From contig CP075493.1 of assembly GCA_021613535.1 (NCBI GenBank), positions 6,882,001 to 6,946,000 on the forward strand: a stretch of DNA of 64,000 nucleotides. Reading direction: 5' to 3'. Under the pieces are notes generated by a model that did no database searches, was not told where the DNA came from, and saw only the letters and a list, made by a program, of their open reading frames with translations. A program made the position numbers and the translations under genes. The stretch's first letter is position 1, and each line of letters begins with the position of its first letter. This stretch comes from Adineta vaga (taxonomy: Eukaryota; Animalia; Rotifera). This document shows positions 1 to 11,184 of the stretch, piece after piece.

Positions 1-296
1 TCATTCAATGTTTGTAATTCTTGTTTTTCTTGTTGACGAGTTATATTAAGTGTTGGCGATGTACTAAATGATGATGATGCCGTTGAAGTCATTGAAAGAC
101 CAGAAAGAGTACGATGTTTCATTCCGTTATTGCCGTTAACACCTAAAGTATTTGTTCCATTGGAAGTGACGGTTGGTGTAATGAAATTATTTTCGATATT
201 TCCTTTTCGTCCATTGGTTTCTATAAGAGGAGTTTCCTTAACATTCGATTCAGAACGTGAAGCCGATGCGGCACGACGTCGAAATGCCGCAAACAT
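1..296 (-). CDS. Lamin / intermediate-filament protein, 5' part (continues beyond window start)
   Basis: ATG at 296 opens MFAAFRRRAASASRSESNVKE...SSSFSTSPTLNITRQQEKQELQTLN, open to the window edge. SP..ITRQQEKQELQTLN matches the lamin/IF head-to-coil-1A motif ([21 protein letters not shown]). Confidence 0.75.
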   Translation of the reverse strand, partial: MFAAFRRRAASASRSESNVKETPLIETNGRKGNIENNFITPTVTSNGTNTLGVNGNNGMKHRTLSGLSMTSTASSSFSTSPTLNITRQQEKQELQTLN

Positions 297-759
297 TTGA
301 GATCGTTATTAGAGATGATAATAAATGAATAATTAAGTTGAAATTAATCTACAAGTAAATTTTTTCAGAATTGTTCAAAGAGACAATTGATACTAGAGAT
401 ACACAAAGGAAGGATCTGGAAAAAGACTGCTGTTTTGATAGGTGGTTTCCTTCGACTAGTCTTGAATATAAGAATTCATTGAGAAAGAAATTTCTGTTTG
501 AATAAAACTTATAGATACATAGAAAGACTCATTTAATTACGAATTATATCCTATTATAATGAATTGGTATGAGTGCGACATCTATCAAACGGTAGATTTA
601 CAATAAAATCGAGAAATCATTATAGATAAGACTATATTAGTAGCGATAAGATACACTATTATTTTTTTTATTTATATTCATAAAATACAACAATTATCTG
701 ATACTTTTACGATCGCTATCGTTCCCTAATATGTCATTCGAAAATTTCACATAAGTTTT

Positions 760-3243
760 TCAAGTAGTTTTTGCACTATGATCACTACTACGGCCTCCTA
801 TCGACGATTTTTGTTCAATATCAGATGCACAGTCTGAAAATCGACTTGCCAATGAATATTCACCCAATTTTGCATATATAGAACTAATACTATTATAAAC
901 AGTGGCTAAAGCAAACGAATCCGTCGGTTGAACATTTTGATAGATTTCACGGGCTTGCTGATAATATAAAAGTGCTTTTCTATATCTGCCAATTTGTTCA
1001 TAGACACTTCCATGACACATATATGAAGCAGCTAAATCTGGATGATTTGCAGGAAGAATTTTTCGATAGATTTCATGAGCTTTTTCATAATAACGGAGTG
1101 CATCCAAAAAATTAGCTCTATGAAAATATATCGATGCCATGTTGCTGTATGTTGCTGCTAAATTGGGATGATTGATAGGCAGAATTTCTTGTCTAATCTT
1201 TAATGCTTCTTCATAATAGGTAAGTGCAATAGAATATTGACGACTTTTGTCATATACTGAGCCAATATTATGATAAGATTCAGCTATATCTGATTGATTT
1301 CGAGGATGAGCTTTCTCATAAATTGCTAAAGCTTGTATAAAAAATGAAATTGCTTTCTCATGTTGGTTCATTTTCTCGAACATTGAACCTATATTCTTGT
1401 AAGCAGCAGCTAGATCCGAAGAATTCGATGGAAGAATTTTCTGACCAGTTTCCAAGGCTTTTTGATAATATAAAAGTGATTTGGAGAACTGTTCCATCTG
1501 ACTATAGACTCGTGCGATATCATCGAGATGTTTAATTAAACATGGTGTATTTTCAGGAAGAATTTTCTCGTAAATTTCATATGCTTTTTCGTAAGATGAA
1601 AGCGCTTTTGAATATTCATTTGTTTTTTCACATGCTAAACCCATTCCACTATAACATGCAGCAATATCCATAGAATCAGGTGAAAGAATTCTTTGACGAA
1701 TTTCAAGTGAAGATTTATAGAATGAATTAGCTTCTAAATATTCATTTTGATGAAATTTAATAGAACCTAGTTGATAATATAATGCTGCCTTTTCTTTCTC
1801 ATCTTGTGTTTGAATTAATGCAGATTCACATACATTTTGAGCTTTTATTATTTGATTTTGTTGCAATAATAATTCACTTAAACGACACCATCCTTTTCCA
1901 TATGATGCTGTCTTTTCTGTAATAGTTTTGATTAATGTAGAAAATTGTATGTCATTTTGATCACATAATGTCAATTCAACTTCCCAAAGACGATTCGAAT
2001 GATTATCTATTTGTTTAATTTGATCGATACGAAAAGTAGATTGTATAGACAAGAGAATTTCTTCTTCTTTCGGATAACAACATACATCACGAATGTTTGC
2101 AAATGGTGTGGAAGTTGTCGAAGGATCAATCGTCATTACAAATAAGATATTTATTAAATTTGAATTACTAATCATTTGATGAATATAATTCATTGCACTA
2201 TGACGTTTCTTGGTAACAAATAAGAAATCATTGAATGATATAAATCCATTTTGTGTTTTCATCAATTGATCGAAAGTTGTTTGAGACACTCCTTGACTAT
2301 GATAAACAATAAATGAACTTGATTCATGATGATTTGTATGAAGTTGATTGATATTTTGATGAAGATTTCGTATGAAAAAACTCATTTTAATAATTCTTTC
2401 TACTTCCATTAAACGTAATATTCGATTTAACATCGAAGAAAACAAACATTCAGATGTATACCACCAAATAGGTCCATAATCATGATATTCTTGTCCAAAT
2501 TTCTCAATATTTTTCAACTCAGTCGTATTACCAATAATTTGTTTACGATAATAAGAAATAAATTCCTTAATATCTCGTTCTTTAAAATCAATATTTAGAA
2601 TTATTTCTTTGATAATATGAATGTAGACAAACGATCTGTCTAGATCATCGAAATTCCAAGTTGATGTATTTTCATTTGTTTCAATAAAACTCATTGAAAT
2701 ATTATTTCGATCACATTCTTGAGTAGCATGATCAAGAGCTTCACAGAGAAAGGCAATATCCATATGAATACCTTTTATTTTCGGCCATTGATGTATCCAT
2801 AATTCATGTTCTAATTTATTTTCACAAAAAATATAAATAGATGTAATTTGAGACATTTTATGAATAATAGGTAATGTCGATTGTATGGCTTTTCCAGATA
2901 TAATCAAAATAATGTTTTCTTCTTCGATATCTTTAATAAAATCAGTACATTCTATAACATCAATAAATGTATTTACATTATTTGCAATATTTCGTAATAT
3001 TGATATTATGTCTGAATTAATATAATTGTTCGAACCATCAATATTAGTATCTAACCAAACTAATTGAAAATTTTGAAAAACTGGTGCATTATAATGTTCA
3101 CATGATCTTAAAATACTACGTGTAGGTACTAATGCTGCACAAACAGACATCAATGCCGATGCACTTTTCGAATCTCTACGTACATGTTCGTCCTTTTTAC
3201 CGTGAGCGAAACGTGATAACTTCCGTTTTAATTTCTCCATCAC
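760..3243 (-). CDS. Intronless 827-aa protein: N-terminal alpha/beta domain, ADP-ribosyltransferase-like domain and about 8-9 TPR repeats
   Basis: Single long ORF. ART-like segment PIWWYT..MLNRILR..GFISFNDFL..EEEILL..TFRI, then ~42-aa kinesin-light-chain-like TPR units (e.g. HPNLAATYSNMASIY, ALTYYEEALKIRQEILP). Confidence 0.85.
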   Translation of the reverse strand: MMEKLKRKLSRFAHGKKDEHVRRDSKSASALMSVCAALVPTRSILRSCEHYNAPVFQNFQLVWLDTNIDGSNNYINSDIISILRNIANNVNTFIDVIECTDFIKDIEEENIILIISGKAIQSTLPIIHKMSQITSIYIFCENKLEHELWIHQWPKIKGIHMDIAFLCEALDHATQECDRNNISMSFIETNENTSTWNFDDLDRSFVYIHIIKEIILNIDFKERDIKEFISYYRKQIIGNTTELKNIEKFGQEYHDYGPIWWYTSECLFSSMLNRILRLMEVERIIKMSFFIRNLHQNINQLHTNHHESSSFIVYHSQGVSQTTFDQLMKTQNGFISFNDFLFVTKKRHSAMNYIHQMISNSNLINILFVMTIDPSTTSTPFANIRDVCCYPKEEEILLSIQSTFRIDQIKQIDNHSNRLWEVELTLCDQNDIQFSTLIKTITEKTASYGKGWCRLSELLLQQNQIIKAQNVCESALIQTQDEKEKAALYYQLGSIKFHQNEYLEANSFYKSSLEIRQRILSPDSMDIAACYSGMGLACEKTNEYSKALSSYEKAYEIYEKILPENTPCLIKHLDDIARVYSQMEQFSKSLLYYQKALETGQKILPSNSSDLAAAYKNIGSMFEKMNQHEKAISFFIQALAIYEKAHPRNQSDIAESYHNIGSVYDKSRQYSIALTYYEEALKIRQEILPINHPNLAATYSNMASIYFHRANFLDALRYYEKAHEIYRKILPANHPDLAASYMCHGSVYEQIGRYRKALLYYQQAREIYQNVQPTDSFALATVYNSISSIYAKLGEYSLASRFSDCASDIEQKSSIGGRSSDHSAKTT

Positions 3244-3780
3244 AAAATATTTGAATTGCTGATGTCCAATAATAAAAAGGTTTTACCTTTCGTTTGTAGA
3301 GGAAAGTCGATATTTGTCTCGATAATTTTTTTGTTTGTTTATGTCTAGTTACGCTTGAATAAATGAGCCATTATTTTCTACTATTCATTATAAAAACAAT
3401 CGTATACGTTGATAACAAAATGTAAGGAACGTGCACCTTTATATGAAATTTCAATGATACTAGTTATCAATCAATACAAATGTTTACCTGAATATGACGT
3501 ATTTAATTTAGTTTAATTTTTGACTCATAACAGAAGATTGGTTTGTTTTTGTACTATACGAGTACATATTTCCTACTTCGAACCGATGAAAATGGAATCA
3601 TTAAGCGATAAAGTATATAGATCAAATACTTTGGCATTGTTTCGCATCGTTTCATAATTCAATTCAAAAGTCAAAAGTTTCATGAAAATGAATTTTTTTT
3701 GTATAGAAAAGATAATCAACAATAACAAGACACGGCAAATGAAAAAAAATGGTATAAAAAATGAATAATTAAAGTTGCTA

Positions 3781-4546
3781 TTATTTCTTATTCTGTTGTT
3801 TTTGTTTCACTGCCCAATTATGTAAACGTGCCATATTAACTTCTGTTGTTGTAATTTGATCACTATTTTTGAAAGAAAAAATCAGAACTATCATAGCAAA
3901 CAAAATTCAGTCTATCTCATACCGTAGAAAATCTAAATCTTCATCAACTTTTTGAAGTGTTGTTCGTGCAGTTTTTTGATTACCATTTAATAATTCTTCT
4001 GCTTCATCTAATGTATATTCAAGCATTACATTTGCACCTAACCACAGACAAACCTAGATAAAAGAAGATAGGCAAACATTCGTTCGAATCGATTAAATAG
4101 TCATTCGAACCTTATCTGTCGGTGGAATTGTTGCTTTTCCATATAAATTATGTGCGAGAAGAAAATTTGTTTCCATATTTGTATCTTTTTCACGATATTT
4201 ACGAAGTTGTTCAATCATATCTATGAATAATCATATTATATGAAATAAGTCTTCAATTATAATATACCTAAACAGATTTGTATATCAGGTAGTTTGCCTT
4301 GTAAACGTTTTTTCTTTTGTAATAAATTCATTTCCATAAAACGATATTTACTATTCAAATCATCAAGTCTAAAATCGAATTTCATCAAGAAAAGACTTGA
4401 CATATGGACGAAATTCTTTACCTTCGAATAACAGTATCAGCTGAATCATTTTCCGGTTGTTGCATAAAACTATCGACATCTTCAACAAATACTGCTTTCG
4501 GAATACCTAAATGTTCACTATCACCACCACTTGTTATTGATGCCAT
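3781..4546 (-). CDS. PFDN3: Prefoldin subunit 3 (VBP1), 5 exons
   Basis: Spliced product MASITSGGDSEHLGIPKAVFVEDVDSFM..KYRFMEMNLLQKKKRL..VCLWLGANVMLEYTLDEAEELL..DLDFLRDQITTTEVNMARLHNW carries the hallmark prefoldin-3 motifs. GT-AG introns. Confidence 0.95.
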
Positions 4547-4714
4547 GTGATGAAGAAAAAAAAAGCAATGCTCGTCTAAAAATTCATTTGAAATAAACAC
4601 ACAAAAGTTGCGAGAAATACTATTGCACAACGTTTTTCTTTAATAAAAAAAAAGATAAGAAAACTTTTTACAAAGAGTCGCGAACAGAACTAAAATGTGT
4701 ACATGGATAATAGT

Positions 4715-6552
4715 TCATCGACGTGGTTGTCGGAAACTACAAAAAGAAGAAAGAAAGAATGAATGATAGAATGTACGAAAGTATTGTATTTACCGTATAA
4801 TAATTCGTGCACGTAGGAAAAGTCGAATCAATGCAAAGACAAAAAAGGGCCAAAGTAGAATGAAAGCAATAGCTCGACGACGTAAACCAGCTAAGGGTAA
4901 CCATCGAGATAATGACTAGAAAACGAAATATAAATATACAATTGAAACTTCTAATGACATTTTCACTTACTTTTGATTGCGAAGAAGAATACAATTGTGT
5001 TGATAATTCTCTCTAAAAAAAACGAACAATTTATCGTGAGATATTTGTTGATAAAATCGATTCGGAGTGTATTATCAATTGAATTTTTTTTAATTATTTT
5101 ACTCACTTGTTGAAGAAAATGTGTCGATGTTTCTAATCGATTAAGTCGTTCTAAAATATTATTAACATCGCGTTGAAGTTTAGTTAGTGCGGTTAAAATA
5201 GCACGTTGAGTTTCTTTATTATAATTATTATTTGGATGTCGTCCACTTCCACCACCGGATGCAACAGATGAAGGTGAATATCGAGCACCATCAATTGGTA
5301 TATGATGTTGTTGATGATGATGTATCGATGATCTGCGTACTTCATTGGAATGATGACCTAAAATATATTCATTTCATATTGATAAAAATAAAATATTTAG
5401 ACTATTTCTTATACCTCCTCTATTTGATTGGTGTACCGGAGGATTTGTTCCATCTTGTCCACCATATACATGTGGATAATGTTTTGTAGTACTATTTGAT
5501 GACTGTTCATGTGGAATGTTAGATTGCAATAAAGGTTCATGATTCTAAATATTCGAGAACAATTTATTCTGATTGGATAATTGTTAAAATCGAACTTACT
5601 TCACTGTGGTTGCTATTGTGATTCGAAGTTATTTCATCATTTGATAAACCATGAGTAAGAGGAAATCGATCAGATGGATCATCATAAACCTCATCAACAT
5701 CTATGTGATGGAAAAGAAAATAAGAAGGTAAATAAATGAAAATGTCAATTTACCTGACGAAGATATAGATGATGAAGAAGATGAAGGTGAGGAAGATGGT
5801 GATCGACCATTTCCAGCTGAAACTAAGGTTTGTATTGGACCATTTGTATGAATAATCGGATGTTCATGATGATCTTCTAGAAATTTAGAATTTGACTTCG
5901 AAGACAAAATTTTTCTTTTAACTTTGAATTTACCTTCACTAAATCCATTGACATATGGTTCAGTTAGATTTCTTTTGTTTCTATTCGTAGTTGTATGATG
6001 AGTTTTTTTCTTGACGGATATAATAGGACCATTTTGTTCTGTTCGATCATCAACAAATTCATAAAATGGTCCGATCAATTGAGTAAATTCTAATACTTCA
6101 TTTGTTTGTGGCATTGTTTCAAGAATCTAAACTATATTCGTCAACAATCGGTTTGTTTTCTCTACTGATTAATTACTTTTCGAATTTCATCAATATAAGC
6201 TGACATAGCTACTTCTTTATTCATTGTTCGACATTTATCCCATGCATCCCTTAATGAATAAATGTTACTGATTAGGTTAGAAAAGGAAAATCATTTTTAC
6301 CATTTTGCTCGATTAACATAGTTGAAAATAGATGGTCGTGGTTCTCCACATGGTCCTGCTGTGGCTTGTTTATAAAGACCATAGAAAGTTAATTTCATTT
6401 CATTTGATGGTTGAAAAGTACCTGAGTAGAAAAATTGACATTAGATTTTACTCCATTCAAAATTGAAAGATTTTTTTACCATCATTAGGTAATCGTTGGA
6501 TAGCTTTAACAGCAGCATGAAATTTTTCTTCCAGACTGGCTGTAGAAGCCAT
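4715..6552 (-). CDS. Acyl-CoA-binding domain protein with C-terminal membrane anchor (ACBD4/ACBD5-like), multi-exon
   Basis: N-terminus MASTASLEEKFHAAVKAIQRLP..KLTFYGLYKQATAGPC..RAKWDAW (ACBP domain), Ser-rich linker, coiled coil, C-terminal AIAFILLWPFFVFALIRLFLRAR. Stop TGA at 4715-4717. Confidence 0.85.
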
Positions 6553-7229
6553 GTGGTTTTGAATAATCTGAATATTGATAAATATATATTATTTCAAAGT
6601 CTAATGGTAAAATCTTTTCTTTACAATGAAATCTAAGTCAACAATCAGAGATGATAACTTAACATTTCTCTATTTTGAACAATTATCATAACAATTTTAT
6701 ACAAAAATCTTACGTAGTAAACAATGTTTCTTACAATTACAAATTCTCGTAGACAACAACATAGTTTCCAATTGATATAGTTAGTTTAATATAATCGAAT
6801 AGAAACAAACGATTAATCATCCATCATGAGATATTCGATTGAAAAGGACATCTACTTTGTATATTTCCGTAGAGGTTCATCTTATCTAATGGTTGTATGT
6901 TTGTCATTTCTGTGCTGCGCAAAGCGATAGTTCTACAATTGAGTCGTATCTCTTCGTTAATTTATATCTAATTTAATTTTTCATCAATAATTACGAAAGT
7001 TAATTTTGATTCGTGATTCTATAAAACTAATCGTTGCAGTTTTATGATGTTTAAAAGAATATATACTCTTATTTTACTGTACTCTGAAAAAGCATTTTTC
7101 TTAGATTACTGATCATACGTATTATGCTTATTGATTTCATTATGATCAGATAACATATCGTTGTGTTTTGAAGACATTTTAAAAACAAAATATATAAAGA
7201 TCTCAATCTTTTTCAGACTCTTTCAGATC

Positions 7230-8489
7230 ATGAGTCGACTAGTCTACATCAATCGTTTGCATTCAAAGGTAAGTGAAAATAATAGGACAACAAATAGAAT
7301 TTATTTCCAGATTTTAAATTTAATTCTAGACAACCGAAGTTGATCTAGAACGATTTTGTACACGCTTTGGAAATGTTATTGAATGCGTTATCTATCCTGT
7401 CGATCATACATTGACTAGGTAAGTGAATCTTTCAAAAGGAAAATGGATGAATTTTCTTTCTGTTTGATCTATTAGACGATCAGGTTATGTGAAATTTGCT
7501 TCATGTCAATCAGCAGAAAAGATGTACCATCAATCTCGTGAGGGAACATTTTCAATCGATCAAACACCCGTTGATATTGAACTTGGTCGTGGAAATACTC
7601 GATTATCGGAAGAAAACCATAAAAAACAGATCTCAACTGTTTTTAATAAGAAATCTAGTCATTCACCAACGATCTATACATTACATATCGAAGGTCAAAT
7701 AGGTGATGAAGAAGAATTGATAAATTATTTGAATAGTAAACCATTAAGTTTTAAATTTCTCGAAAAAACCGATACAGATGGTTGTATTATTAAAACTGGT
7801 GCACAAGTTACATATACTGATAAGGAACTAATCGATCGTATTCTCAAACAACATCATGACAAGTAAGATGATCTATTATTTAGACTCATTACATTGAAGA
7901 GTAAGAAGATAAAGACTAATTTCTTATTAGATTTACAATCGAACTTCTTGCTACAAAAACTTCAAATAAACGTGAATATGAAAGTGAACCATTACTCAAT
8001 CCTAAACGCTCAAAACTATCACAAAATCTTCATTCATCAATCAATTATCATCTTCAAAATTTAACCAAACTTACTCATGATCTTTATCAAGAAAATGAAC
8101 ATTTACAGAATGATAAAAATGTTTTACAAACAACTGTTAATGATCAAACAACGAGAATAAAACGAATGGAAAACGAAGCAATTGATTTAATTGAATCATC
8201 AAATAAAACTCATTATATAGCAAAATGTATTGCTGATAAATATAAATCACGTGAAGAAGAATATCAAAAGAATCTTGAAGAATCCAATAAAGTTGTTCTA
8301 GAATTAGAAACAATTATAAAAACAACCAATGGAAATTTAGTAAAAGCTCAGGATGAAATTCAACGTTTAACAAATCAAATTACATTACTTGAAAGTCAAT
8401 CCAAAGAACTAGTTACTAAACCGTCTCCATCCGAATTAGAATATGAAATCGAACAGTTTTTTCTCAATGTGAAACAGTATTTGAAATGA
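7230..8489 (+). CDS. RRM + degenerate RRM + coiled-coil protein (cluster gene 1), 4 exons
   Basis: MSRLVYINRLHSK|TTEVDLERFCTRFGNVIECVIYP..R|RSGYVKF (RNP2/RNP1-like); second domain ending LIDRILKQ; basic NPKRSK; heptad-rich C-terminus to TGA 8489. First intron 7269-7329. Confidence 0.75.
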
Positions 8490-8757
8490 GAAATGAAATC
8501 AATTTATGTGAATCGATAAAATCAGTGTGATCTTTATTTTGTTTGAAGAAATTTTTTTCTTTCCTATCAGCTAGAGTTTTTGTGATGATAGGGAATTTTT
8601 GTCTTGTAAACTGTATGTGAAAATAAATTTGTGAAATTTGATCTTTTGTGTTTTGTTTTTCTCTTTAGAGATATTTGATGAAAACGTATGATATAGTATA
8701 GAACAAACGATCAATTCAGTAAGAATTTTCATTTGTATTCATTCTAGATAAAACAAC

Positions 8758-9934
8758 ATGTCCTCCGTCGTTCTCGATGGTCTGGATAATCGTACTAGTA
8801 GTGATACAGTGAAAAATTTCTGTCAAAATTTCGGTCGAATTCTTAATTGTTACATCAAATCAAATCAATGTATTGTAACATTTGCTGAACAGCATCATGC
8901 CGAAGAATTTGTTCGTACATCACCTCATCGAATCGATTCATATGGATTAATCAATGCAACATGGAAAACAAATTTAAATCGAACTAATTCTCATTTTTCT
9001 CGTTCAACAAGTAATACAACTGATAATTGTCGTTTAACAATACGTGGAACAGCTGAACAATTAGAAGAAAAAAGTCTTCTCAAATATTTTTCACAATATG
9101 GACATATACGTATGTGTTTACCAAATTCTTCGCAAGGTTATGCAACAATTACATTTGATGATCGAACAAGTTGTGATCGAATTTTAAAAGAATCTCGACA
9201 TTTTCTCAATGGTCGATCTTTAATTGTTGAATCTTTTACATCAGCGAAATCAACATCGGATGAATTGGAATCATCAAAACGTATGAAATATTCTGATCCA
9301 AATGAATCAACACTATCAGTTTTAACAAATCAATTTGAACATGAAAAAGAACAATTAATCAGTGAACAAGTACGTCTTCAAAATCAATATGAACAATGTA
9401 TGCAATTGTATGAATATGAAAAGACACAATTAAATGATTATCTAACAAAACAACGTACTGAATTCACTCAACAAATTGTACATTATCAGTATTTACTTAA
9501 ACAAAGTTTAGATGAAATAACAACGAAAGATAGACAAATTGAACAATTAAAACAAGAAAATAAAGATATTGAGTACTGATTATATGATGTTTACTCATAC
9601 CAAATCAATAATATTATTTTTTTTTCTTTTATCTAGTGATCTTCTTCGACAGACTGTTCATGATAATGAACAACAACAAATACATTCCAAAAAACGTGAA
9701 GAAACTCATAATCAAATGAAAAGAAAATACGAAGATCTTTATAAATCTTATATGAAATTAAAAGATAATTGGTAAGATTTCATCAATGATATCGTTTTGT
9801 ATTCAGTAAATATTCTTCTATTTAGTATGACTCAACGTGATAAAGATTCAATTGTAATAAATAATCCGGTGATTAGCTCAACTTCAATTCTGAATAAACC
9901 AAAATCAACGATTGATGATGTTCGAAAAAAGTAA
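8758..9934 (+). CDS. 2xRRM + coiled-coil protein (cluster gene 2), 3 coding exons
   Basis: 273-aa first exon with two RRMs (FCQNFGRILNC; LTIRGTAEQLEEKSLLKYFSQYG..GYATITFDD), SKRMK and a long coiled coil. Two further short exons follow; stop at 9932-9934, though the last few codons may be alternatively spliced. Confidence 0.8.
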
Positions 9935-10263
9935 TTAAATCATCCATAAAAGATTATTTTTGTAGATTGAATAATCATTTCATTCGACAAACCATCTGTC
10001 AATGACTTTTTCTTTTCAGGCTTTAAATTCAATAGCAAAAAACAAATACTAAATTAATTTTTGCATAGTTTTTTTTTCGTACGCTTTATGTCTTTCATGT
10101 ATAATGTTAATTGATACATATTCTTTTGTTTTTCTTTTGTATATAAATATATAGTTGTTATTACGAGAACAATAAAACGTTCTTCTCTTTTTCACTGAAT
10201 AGCTTTACCTTTGCTTTCGTCTTTCTATATATACGACATCGATTATATGACCTTTACTTTCAG

Positions 10264-11184
10264 ATGTCATCATCATTAAAATGTCAAATATTTATACGTA
10301 ATCTTTCGAAACGAATTACTGCTAAACAACTTCAGCAATATGCATCACGGTTTGGACCTGTGATTGATTGTTGTTTAACAGATAATGAGAATGAATGTTT
10401 TATTGAATTCAATGATCGAACAAGTGTCGATGTTTTTATGAGTAAACGACCACATATTATCGATGGAAATGAATTACATTGTCAACGTGCTCTACCATCG
10501 AATGAATTACAAAAGCCTGTTAAACGAATTTTCATACGTGGAACTATTCAACAATTAGCTGAAAATCGTTTATCAAATTATTTCGATCGATATGGTAAAG
10601 TTATATCGTGTACAATTCCGAAAGGCAAACGAAATAATACATTTACACATTATGGTTATGCTTTTGTTGCATTTGATGATGAGGATGTTGTCGATCGAAT
10701 TATTCAAGATAAGCCACACTATATCGATAATATAAAATTAGAAATTGAAAAAGCTGAAGATATGACACGTCAACGTCGAAATTCATCATCATCTTCACCA
10801 GGTTCACGTTCAACTTCAATTCATAGTTATAATATTAATAATATTAATAATCACAAACGATCAAGACGTGATACACCATCTCCACCACCTTCTTTGATAA
10901 TAAAACGTTCAAGTCGTCCAACAGAAGACTTTACTATTCGACATTTAGAAGATGAAATTCATCGGTTACGTGAACATGCATTGATGGCTAAACATCATTT
11001 TGATGAAACTGTTTGGAAATTAAGACGAGAATTGGATGATGAACGTCGACGTCATGATCAATTAAAATTAGATTATGATCTTTTACGTCGAGATTTAGCA
11101 CATGTTTCTTCTGAATTACAACAAAAACCTTCAACAAGACATTTCAATTCCAATAGTAAACGTGATCTCTTAGCAAGACATTAA
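10264..11184 (+). CDS. hnRNP A-like 2xRRM + Ser/Arg linker + coiled-coil protein (cluster gene 3), intronless CDS
   Basis: RPHIIDG..QRALP..VKRIFIRG..YFDRYGKV..GYAFVAFDDEDVVDRII resembles the hnRNP A1 UP1 region, followed by RRNSSSSSPGSRS, KRSRR and a coiled coil. Confidence 0.85.
   Translation: MSSSLKCQIFIRNLSKRITAKQLQQYASRFGPVIDCCLTDNENECFIEFNDRTSVDVFMSKRPHIIDGNELHCQRALPSNELQKPVKRIFIRGTIQQLAENRLSNYFDRYGKVISCTIPKGKRNNTFTHYGYAFVAFDDEDVVDRIIQDKPHYIDNIKLEIEKAEDMTRQRRNSSSSSPGSRSTSIHSYNINNINNHKRSRRDTPSPPPSLIIKRSSRPTEDFTIRHLEDEIHRLREHALMAKHHFDETVWKLRRELDDERRRHDQLKLDYDLLRRDLAHVSSELQQKPSTRHFNSNSKRDLLARH

Noticed and set aside
7230-11184. RRM + coiled-coil genes as LINE ORF1p remnants
   Set aside because: L1 ORF1p has the coiled coil before a single RRM. 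No ORF2/RT, poly(A) tail or TSD is present, and two of the genes have introns.
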